NCBI RefSeq assembly: GCF_006345805.1
Contig: NW_021826981.1
Location: 1-11,378, forward strand
Origin: Octopus sinensis
Lineage: Eukaryota
DNA length: 11,378 bases
Direction: 5' to 3'
Positions 1-7,529 of the stretch are shown in pieces (position 1 is the first letter of the stretch; each line of letters opens with the position of its first letter). A program made the position numbers and the translations under genes. The notes under the pieces were generated by a model. The model had not been told where the DNA came from. It searched no databases and saw only the letters and a list, made by a program, of their open reading frames with translations.

Positions 1-73
1 AATAGACTAGCTGAAGGTGACCCGCTCTACGCGCGGGTAAGAGTGGGTTGTTACCTTCTGTTGCTTCCTTTCA

Positions 74-389
74 GCACGTAAAAAGCACCATCCGAAAGTG
101 CCGATTGCAGCGCCGCCTTGACTGGCTTCTGTGCTGGTGGCACGTAAAAAGCACCAACCGATCGTGGCCGTTGCCAGCCCCCCTGGCACCTGTGCCGGTG
201 GTACGAAAAAAGCACCCACTACGCTCACAGAGTGGTTGGCGTTAGGAAGGGCATCCACCTGTAGAATCACTGCCAGATCAGACTGGATCCTGGTGCAGCC
301 TCCTGGCTTCCCAGACCCCGGTCACACTGTCCAACCCGTGCTAGCACGGAAAACGGACGTTAAACGATGATGATGATGATGATGATGAT
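74..389 (+). mobile_element. 5'-truncated retroposon 3' end (LINE 3'UTR or SINE) with (GAT)8 tail, nested in the Helitron
   Basis: Ends in AACGGACGTTAAAC(GAT)8 (tail 366-389). Internal sub-repeat GCACGTAAAAAGCACC at 74, 140 and (degenerate) 201. Contains GGCGTTAGGAAGGGCATCC, a motif I recall from abundant octopus retroposons. No clear TSD. Confidence 0.7.
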
Positions 390-1059
390 TCTCCCTTTTG
401 TTTCTCTCTCACTTTCCCCATTCTCTTACTCTTCCTTTCTCTCGGACTCTCCCTCGCTTTCTCTTACTCTCTATCTTTATACTATCTCTCTCCATTATAA
501 ACAACAAAAGATCTTGAGTAAGTTGAGAAATAAATATTTAGAAAGATCAATCATAAAATAGCAGTAAGTACAAACGGAAAGGTCTGCTTCAAGGCAGACA
601 GCAAAACACTAACATTTAAAAGGGACAGACGAAACTTGCCAAGCTGAATAAAAATAATAAAATATTGGAAACAAAAGTTTGAAGGGATAGAATCTGAGGG
701 TAGTAGTAGAGTCAGCATGGCTGGCATTTTTAACGGACGGACAGCAACGTTTTGACAGTTTAACGGCTGGCGTAAAATCATGGACGGCAACACATTGACG
801 ATTAAAAGGCTGGCGCAAATTTTTTAGCTTGATGTAACAGAGAATTGCTAAACACCCGCTCCTTTAAATTTTAATCCCCTTCCAGCCACATTTAGACCCC
901 TTTTCACAATTTTGGTTAATATAACCCGATTTCACTCGGGTCTACGGGGCCACATTTTATAAGATGAGTAATTTTGGTCCTAGAGGTGACGCCTTTCATT
1001 GAGGAAAAAATAGTTGTCATGCAAACTTGCCAGCACTTTTAACATAGGTCTGCATCTAT

Positions 1060-1325
1060 GCATGTGTGTGTGTGTATGTATGTGTATGTATGTGTGTGTA
1101 TGTATGTGTGTGTGTATGTTGTATTTCCATTGAGTCAACCTCATTATTTTCTACATAGCAGACCGTTACATAAACAGGCAAAGGTACATACATACACACT
1201 CACACATACACACACTACACACACACACATACATACCACATAATACACCACATACATAGATAATACACACACACACTACATGCATGCATACATATACACA
1301 TACATGCATATACACGCACGCACTA
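1060..1325. repeat. Compound TG/TATG and CA/CATA microsatellites in inverted orientation
   Basis: TG-rich tract at about 1060-1120 and CA-rich tract at about 1187-1325, separated by a short unique spacer. Confidence 0.9.
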
Positions 1326-1367
1326 CAAAAACCGAGTAAAAAATTTCAGTTATCTATCTCTTTCACA

Positions 1368-1672
1368 CAGACAGATACATAAAAGAAGGCCGTTTGTATG
1401 AAATAGAGTGAGTATTGTGTGTTGGTGGTGGTGGTGGTGGTGGTGGTGGTGGCGATGATAATTATCATTAGGAAAAAGAGTGAGTGAGTGAGGAAGACAT
1501 ATACATAATTTGTAGCGATGATAATTCTCCCTATGAATGCAGACAGATACATCAAAGAAAGCCGTCTGACGAACTTGAGGGGAATACATTAAATAACAGG
1601 AGTGGCATTCTCAAAGTTATAAATGAAGGGGAGTAAGAGAGGGAAAGAAGGATTTAGCGTGAGTGAGGAAGA
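1368..1672. repeat. Degenerate ~172-175 bp tandem duplication containing a (GGT)n tract
   Basis: CAGACAGATACAT(A/C)AAAGAA(G/A)GCCGT at 1368 and 1540; GTGAGTGAGGAAGA at 1484 and 1659; (GGT)n at about 1424-1452. Confidence 0.7.
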
Positions 1673-1823
1673 TGGCCCCTAGCAACCACACCTTTCAAGC
1701 TAGGGATTTCTAAGTTAGCCCACGAGCATCGTCACCTCATTCTACATGTCCCTGTAAATTTTGGAGCGAATCGGACAGGACGTAGTGGCATTGAAAGCGA
1801 TCCAAGCGGTAAAACGCATTTCA

Positions 1824-1827
<4 letters not shown>

Positions 1828-1875
<48 letters not shown>

Positions 1876-1897
1876 TATATATATATATATATATATA
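1828..1897. repeat. (TA)n microsatellite at the Helitron 5' terminus
   Basis: Near-pure TA dinucleotide run. Confidence 0.95.
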
Positions 1898-2056
1898 GGT
1901 TCAGAAAATTTAGATTCACATTAATATGGTACTTAAGTTGAAGGCACCAGAATTTAGTATGGTATTATCCATATAATTCAAAATGGAGTTATTATAATCA
2001 AAATAAGCAACAAAGATATCCAGAGGTAATGCATTATATATATATATATAATGGTA

Positions 2057-2293
2057 ATACCGATTTCTTTACTACCCACAAGGGGCTAAACACTGAGGGG
2101 ACAAACAAGGAGCGACAAACGGATTAAGTCGATTACATCGACCCCAGTGCGTAACTGGTACTTAATTTATCGACCCCGAAAGGATGAAAGGCAAAGTCGA
2201 CCTCGGCGGAATTTGAACTTACAACGTAACGACAGACGAAATACCGCTAAGCATTTCGCCCGGCGTGCTAACGATTCTGCCAGCTCGCCGTCT
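2057..2293 (-). mobile_element. tRNA-derived SINE (family A), full head plus tail type A
   Basis: The reverse complement starts AGACGGCGAGCTGGCAGAATCG (A-box-like) and carries AAGTTCAAATTCC (B-box-like). It shows 17 mismatches in 237 nt (about 93% identity) against the plus-strand copy at 5976-6212. Confidence 0.9.
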
Positions 2294-2313
2294 CTGCTGA
2301 CGAAAAAATGCTG

Positions 2314-2531
2314 TTTCTAATTTTAGCACAAGGCCAGCAGTTTTTGATGGGAGGGAACTAGCCAATTACATTGACCCCAGTACTCAGATTGTTCTTATTT
2401 CATTGACCCCCGAAAGGATGAAAAGCCAAGTGGACCCTCGGCGGCATTTTGAACTCAAAGCGTAAAACCGGAAAAAATTCCGTTCGGCATTTTGTCCGGC
2501 ATGCCTAATCATTCTGACAACTCGCCGCCTT
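2314..2531 (-). mobile_element. Older, diverged SINE of family A with tail type B
   Basis: Homologous to 2057-2293 over head and body (GACCCCCGAAAGGATGAAA, CTCGGCGGCATTTTGAACTC, CTCGCCGCCTT). Its tail resembles the second unit of the dimer at about 6325-6370. Confidence 0.8.
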
Positions 2532-2618
2532 CTTTTGATAAAAAGCTTATGAATGCAAAGTTTAACTGCTGCAACCCCTTTTTCAAAAAGCATTGAACTT
2601 CTTAGTAAGGCAACAAAT

Positions 2619-2690
2619 ACCACCACCACCACCACCACCACCACCACCACTGACGCCGCCGCCATCTCAAGAACAATAACAACAACAACA
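2619..2690. repeat. (ACC)n followed by (AAC)n trinucleotide microsatellites
   Basis: (ACC)n at 2619-2650 and AAC repeats to about 2690; these explain the poly-Thr and poly-Val ORFs. Confidence 0.9.
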
Positions 2691-2908
2691 ATAAAAGTAC
2701 AGTACTTTGTACTTCTTCAGAGACCTTCCCTTTGATAAAAGTGCAACACTCCTTTAATATATTGCCTTATCAAAGTATAATGTTCCTCTGTTTGTTGATT
2801 ACGTTGTTAGGACACGCCCCCAGCCAACATGTTCACACTGTCAAGAAATCTATTCATTCTTTTCCCAACACCAGACAGTATATTCTCATCACGTGTGTAT
2901 ATATATAG

Positions 2909-3362
2909 GCCAATGTCTAACGAATATGGCAGGTGGGGCATCGTTTCCCATTCAAGCTGCCCCACCCTTTGGAACATCCTCCCTGTATGTGGCCGAGCAT
3001 TATCCTCATGGAAGAACACCTTTCGTCTTGAAACCAAAGATGGTCATTTTCTGATGTCTATCAATGGTTGAATGACCAAATCCAACCTTCTTTGCTAGTT
3101 CCTCAACACTTGAGATGGGATTCTGTTCCATCAGGGTTTGCAGGACGTCCTCGTCGAGCTCTACAGATTCTCCAGGACGTGGCTCGTCTTCTGGGCTGTA
3201 GTTTCCTGTTCAGAATCTCCGGAATCACCTTTGACACTGGCTTACACTTATTGTCCAATCCCCATATACTGCATTAATATTCCTCGCACTTTCCGTTGCG
3301 CTATTGCCTTTATCGAACTCATAAAGCAAAACATACCGAATATACTCCTTTATCACTTCCAT
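2909..3362 (-). pseudogene. Mariner transposase pseudogene (N-terminal HTH joined to part of the catalytic domain)
   Basis: ATG at 3362 reads MEVIKEYIRYVLLYEFDKGNSATESARNINAVYGDWTISVSQCQR*FRRF*TGNYSPEDEPRPGESVELDEDVLQTLMEQNPISSVEELAKKVGFGHSTIDRH, with stops at 3225-3227 and 3210-3212. After a frameshifted junction near 3052 it reads PSLVSRRKVFFHEDNARPH (HDNARPH-like, 2987-3010) and WETMPHLPYSLDI (YSPD-like), then breaks off. Confidence 0.92.
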
Positions 3363-3541
3363 TATAGCTTTGATAAAATAACTGTTAACATGGAACCGCA
3401 CTCTTCAAAACTTGCACTAAGAATAAATACAAGATAAAATTACTACCTGATTTTATAGCAAGTTGACGCAGGTAGTTCATCCCGTCCCCATCCGGCTTTT
3501 AGTTCATGCAATTGAAAATACCGCATTATTTATGGGATGAC
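2909..3541 (-). mobile_element. Internally deleted mariner (Tc1/mariner, DD34D type) relic
   Basis: Transposase remnant plus GTCATCCCATAAATAATGCGG (reverse complement of 3521-3541), resembling a mariner 5' TIR that lacks its outermost bases. No matching 3' TIR is visible. Confidence 0.85.
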
Positions 3542-3565
3542 GCCCCAACCTCCCCAGAAAGATAT

Positions 3566-3988
3566 ATATTATCCGAAGTGTACAGTATTATATATCCATT
3601 ACGATCGATCTTACCAATCAGTTTCGCGTTAGGGATTCAACGGAATGTTAGGTAACAATCCAATTATGTAACCTTGCGCTCCTCAGTGGTAGCCGTTATG
3701 GAATGAAATATGGCGACTATCTTTTTTAGTGACTGTGTAGAGCGCACTGCTGGGAAACGCAGCTATATGGCACAAGACGCAGACGACCTATTGTAATATA
3801 CTCTACAGTGTATGGGAGCGTATGCATATGTGTATAAGCCGCCGTATTTCATTCCATAACGGTTGCCTTTGATGAACGCAGTCTTGCATAATCGGGTGTT
3901 ACGTAAGACTCCTTTGAATTCCCAGCGCGAAACCGATTGGTCAGATCGGTCGTAATGGACATATAATACTGTGCCCTTCGAAGAATAT
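3566..3988. mobile_element. Foldback or long-TIR non-autonomous DNA element
   Basis: Arms 3566-3718 and 3837-3988 are inverted: 29 mismatches plus 1 gap in about 153 columns (about 80%), 19 of them transitions. The spacer is 118 bp. TA occurs at both outer ends (3567-3568, 3986-3987). Superfamily not assignable. Confidence 0.8.
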
Positions 3989-4277
3989 TCCCACTCTATT
4001 GACAGATATACGAGTGCATTTTTCTTGACTTATGGACTCTTGGACGACTTTGATACACACACACACACACACACACTGGTGATGTCTTCTTCTTTGGACT
4101 TTTCCCCTTTTCCCTTTCTCCTTTCCGACGCAGAGCTATGCTCGAAACATTAAATTCTCTCCTTTCACCGAACGTCAAGTTAATGCACGTCCTCATGTTC
4201 GTTGTTTTCCTTCTTTTTCCGTTTTTTATTCGTTAACTAGAATTGTTTGCTTATTTGAATTAACTATATATATATAT

Positions 4278-4445
4278 ATGGTTCCGGGTTCAGTCCCACT
4301 GCGTGGCACTTTAGGCAAGTGTCTTCTACTATAGCCTCGGGCCAACCAAAGCCTGTGGTGGATTTGGTAGACGGAAAGTAAATATATCGTATAATATGTA
4401 TATATAATATACATATATAATATATATGATATATATATATATATA

Positions 4446-4492
<47 letters not shown>

Positions 4493-4705
4493 TATATATG
4501 TTTTGTATGTGTGTGTATATGTTTTCTGTGTTTGTCCCCCCAACATCGCTTGACAATCGATGCTTGTCTTTACGTCTCCGTAACTTAGCGGTTCGGCAAA
4601 AGAGTCCGGTAGAATAAGTACTATGCTTGAAAAGGATAAGTCCTGGGGTGGTGCTCCAGCTTGGACGCAGTCAAATGACTGAGACAAGTAAAAGAATAAA
4701 AGAAT

Positions 4706-4706
<1 letters not shown>
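4278..4706 (+). mobile_element. SINE (family B, CORE-like motif), 5'-truncated, with an internal (TA)n/(TG)n expansion
   Basis: B-box-like GGTTCAGTCCC near 4287 and CACTTTAGGCAAGTGTCTTCTACTATAGCC match the copy at 9828-9982. The internal microsatellite runs about 4385-4520. The 3' part ends in an (AAAAGAAT)-type tail. That the 3' part belongs to the same element rests on my recall of the family. Confidence 0.75.

Positions 4707-4710
<4 letters not shown>

Positions 4711-4762
<52 letters not shown>
4711..4762. repeat. Perfect (CA)26 microsatellite
   Basis: Uninterrupted CA run directly after the SINE tail. Confidence 0.97.
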
Positions 4763-4768
<6 letters not shown>

Positions 4769-4803
4769 ATATATATATATACACACACATATATATGCAT
4801 ATA

Positions 4804-5003
4804 CGGTCATCCTTCGACTATGCCGGGTGTTACGTTCCAAAACCTCCCACAGAAATAATTAAAATCTGAAAAAATATAAATATCTATCGGCCGCAGTACC
4901 TCGCGATATACTGAGGATTCCGCGATATAAATTTACATATATTAGTCAGAGAAATCCGCGATGTACTGAGTGCGTGGTAGATGAACCGCAATATGGATTA
5001 CTG
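4804..5003. mobile_element. Probable pogo/Tigger-like MITE
   Basis: Left end TA|CGGTCATCCTTCG. The right end reverse-complemented reads CAGTAATCC (7/9 match), followed by TT rather than TA. Recurrent internal CGCGAT(A/G)TA motifs are typical of Tigger-derived MITEs. Confidence 0.55.
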
Positions 5004-5016
5004 TTTATTTTCTTCC

Positions 5017-5307
5017 CTCCTTCACGACAACGATGCACCCTTTCACCGAACTCGTGTGTTTCTCGCCAAAAACAACATAATATCGCTTTCGTACCTACCC
5101 TATTCGCCAGATTTAGCTCCTGCGGGCTTCCATAGCTTCCATAAGATGAAATGCCGTTAAAGGCCACCGTTTTAACACCGCTGCCGAGATCCAGAGGGAA
5201 TCGCAGAAGTTCCTCAGCTCGCTAAAGAAAAATTACTTCCAGACCGGATTCCAAAAGTGGCGAGAACGCTGGGACCGGTCTATTGCTGCACAAGGTGACT
5301 ATTACGG
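5017..5307 (+). pseudogene. Mariner transposase C-terminal pseudogene fragment
   Basis: Reads LLHDNDAPFHRTRVFLAKNNIISLSYLPYSPDLAPAGF (HDN at 5023-5031, YSPDLAP from 5101, third catalytic D replaced by G). After a frameshift it reads GHRFNTAAEIQRESQKFLSSLKKNYFQTGFQKWRERWDRSIAAQGDY, the typical mariner C-terminus. Confidence 0.92.
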
Positions 5308-5324
5308 AATATTATTAAAACTTT

Positions 5325-5749
5325 GGATCTTTTCGGTTTGAACGGCAGTTTTTGAAAATAATTTCCAAATAACTAAACACTTTTAAACTTCATATACTGG
5401 TAGAATGTGTTTATAAAACATCTTTTTCTCTTGCCTTTATTGAGAAAATTCTATAGTTTGTAAGATATTTGTTGTTTTTTTTCTTCAGTTTCTGCAATTT
5501 CAACCAATCATTGACGTCTATTGAGGTATAAAAAACATTCTGTGCTGTATATGTCCCTCGTTTAAGAAACAGATTGGGTTTATTTACATTTGTGAAGAAA
5601 AAGAGATACCCTTCCCCCACCCCAAACCCTAACTATTCCTAACCCTAAAACAGATTGAAATGCAATAGATCGATACTAGGGTCATAATTATGGGTGACAA
5701 TTTCATATGACACCACTAGAAAAAACTGCCGTTCAAACCGAAAAGATCC
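5325..5749. mobile_element. 425-bp MITE with perfect 29-bp TIRs
   Basis: GGATCTTTTCGGTTTGAACGGCAGTTTTT (5325-5353) and its exact reverse complement (5721-5749). AT-rich interior with CCCTAA-like motifs at about 5625-5648. No TSD recognisable. Confidence 0.9.
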
Positions 5750-5974
5750 CGGGAACCTTTTGATATCACCTCGTCGATATTTTATATGTTTTCAACTAAT
5801 CTCACTTCCGTCATCCTCACTTTAGACATTTTTCTCCGACAACAGGTTTAGAGGTATGGAATAAATAATTACCTTTTCAGTTTAAAGTTCGGAAGTGTGG
5901 AAGTTGTAAAGATAATTTATGGAGACCCTTGTTTTCATTTGCTGTAATCAAAGTTTATTATTAAATACTACACG

Positions 5975-6376
5975 AAGGCGGCGAGATGGCAGAAACGTTA
6001 GCATGCCGGGCGAAATGCTTAGCGGTATTTCGTCTGCCGTTACGTTCTGAGTTCAAATTCCACCGAGGTCGACTTTGCCTTTCATCCTTTCGGGGTCGAT
6101 AAATTAAGTACCAGTTACGCACTGGGGTCTATATAATCGACTTAATCCGTTTGTCCGTCCTTGTCTGTCCTCTCTGTGTTTAGCCCCTTGTGGGTAGTAA
6201 AGAATTAGGTATTTTTCTGTCTTTACGTTCTGAGTTCAAATCCCGCCGAGGTTGATTTTGTCTTTCATCCTTTCGGCGTCGATAAATTAAGTACTAGTTG
6301 CGCACTGGGGTCGATCTAATCGACTGGCTCCCTCCCCCAAAATTTCGGGCCTCGACCTAGAGTAGAAAAGAAAGGT
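5975..6376 (+). mobile_element. Dimeric SINE (family A): full unit with tail A fused to a headless unit with tail B, flanked by a 17-bp TSD
   Basis: A-box-like TGGCAGAAACG (5987-5997) and B-box-like GAGTTCAAATTCC (6049-6061). The second unit starts at GGTATTT (6208), homologous to 6024. Direct repeat TTATTAAATA(C/A)TACACG at 5958-5974 and 6377-6393 (16/17 match). Confidence 0.9.
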
Positions 6377-6689
6377 TTATTAAATAATACACGCATACAT
6401 ATCTGTGCGCAGTTGTCTTTGTGTATAATATTACACAATTCATGAACTTTATTTGATACATGATTAAGCTTTTTCATCAAATTTGCGATTAAAAATTTTC
6501 ATAAGTCATCTCCCTGGGTCCAGCAGACAAAATAGTCAAGTCATTGTCCCGGAGGATAGCAAGGGGGGAGCGCTTAAACAGCCACTCTGACTTACAGAGT
6601 TCGTACTTGCAGACAGCCATCGTCGCCCCGATAGCGCTGAGCTGAGACATGGTACGGGGGCCAAGAACGCCGGAGGCTCCAATGCTACC

Positions 6690-7025
6690 CTCTCTCACTC
6701 TCTCTCACTCACTCACACACACACACTCTCTCTCTCTTTCTCTTGATTCCTCGGGAAACATAGGGCCGCAACAACATTTTTCCAACGGATGCGGTTCTGA
6801 GGGATACTCTTCAGCTCGGTCCATGTCATTCCGGCTGCCCTCACATTTGCGTCGACCTCTCTTGTGCCAAGACTTTTTTAGTCGGCCCACTTTTCGCTTC
6901 CCAGTGGGTTCCAGTCAAGGGCCTGCTTGGTGACATTTGGTGCAGGCTTTCGCAGCGTGTGGTGGCCTATCCATCCCCAGAACAACTGTGGGCCTGGACA
7001 AGACAAGCTTCCACTGCCACTGGTT
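6690..7025 (-). mobile_element. RTE-clade LINE 3' fragment with (GA/GT)n tail
   Basis: Minus-strand translation across frameshifts: WGWIGH (WIGH at 6962-6973), [72 protein letters not shown]. This matches the conserved RTE ORF2 C-terminus. The simple-repeat tail is at about 6690-6740. Confidence 0.85.
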
Positions 7026-7191
7026 CGATCATATTAGTATTATTTAAGAAGAGGAGAAACGCATCTAATTACGCAATAAAGATATTTTATGACGTCACAA
7101 CTCATAAATGTAGAAAATGAAAAAATAATCCTGAAAAATAAAGAACAAAACAAAAATTAAAACGAATTTTCGATTTCATTCTCATTTGCAG

Positions 7192-7483
7192 CTACGTTTT
7201 CAAAAAGAAAGCAGTATGAAATATTTTTCGGGAAATGTTCGTTTCAGTGCTACATTGCCAAAATGAGATAATTTACCTGAACGGAAATTGCCGCGCAAAG
7301 ACTATAAAAGAGTACTTGCGACGGAAATGTCCACTCATAATATCGAAAGTGGTCGATCTTATCGACACCGTGGGCAAACTTCTTCACCTTAGTTGGATAT
7401 CGGATATTACAAACGCCAAGATGCTTTTCCAAGATCAAACTCTGTATATACTCGTCATATTGACTACAAGGCCAGATTTAAAA
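7192..7483 (+). other. Candidate exon or pseudo-exon, product unknown
   Basis: Acceptor-like TTTCATTCTCATTTGCAG (AG at 7190-7191), alternative acceptor GTTTCAG (7247), and donor AAA|GTGAGT (7484-7489). An 83-codon open frame runs from ATG 7235 to the donor. No recognisable domain. Confidence 0.25.
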
Positions 7484-7529
7484 GTGAGTGTAATTAATGT
7501 AGGGGTTTGGTCGTTGTCTTTCTTTATTT

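Larger units (their letters stand above)
7..1899 (-). mobile_element. Probable non-autonomous Helitron (Lep1/DINE-1-like), both termini visible, no RepHel ORF
   Basis: Minus-strand 3' end: 6-bp hairpin ACCCGC/GCGGGT (20-25/33-38, 7-nt loop), 9 nt, then CTAG (7-10) followed by T. Minus-strand 5' end: A|CCTATATA...ATAAAACTGAAATGCG at 1899 (canonical is A|TC, so one mismatch), then ACTACGTCCTGTCCGATTCGCTCCAAAATTT, which resembles the subterminal block of Lep1/DINE-type elements. The flanks give an A|T target. Joining the two ends into one element is inference. Confidence 0.6.
5017..5774 (+). mobile_element. Second mariner relic (3' portion), interrupted by a MITE
   Basis: C-terminal transposase at 5017-5307. 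After the inserted MITE, CGGGAACCTTTTTGATATCACCTCGT (5750-5774) resembles the 3' TIR of CGAGG-starting mariners. Confidence 0.75.

Noticed and set aside
924-941. Hairpin ACCCGA/TCGGGT as a second Helitron 3' end
   Set aside because: No CTRR follows at the expected distance on either strand.
1900-2036. Possible Penelope terminal-repeat fragment
   Set aside because: It only vaguely resembles repeats I recall, and it has no ribozyme core, ORF or second copy in the window.
1424-2650. Complementary (GGT)n and (ACC)n tracts as a functional long-range duplex
   Set aside because: Both are common microsatellites of about 30 bp, so such pairs are expected by chance in this genome.
5976-6065. tRNA gene calls for the SINE heads
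   Set aside because: They have A/B-box-like motifs but no complete cloverleaf, and they continue into SINE bodies present in several diverged copies.
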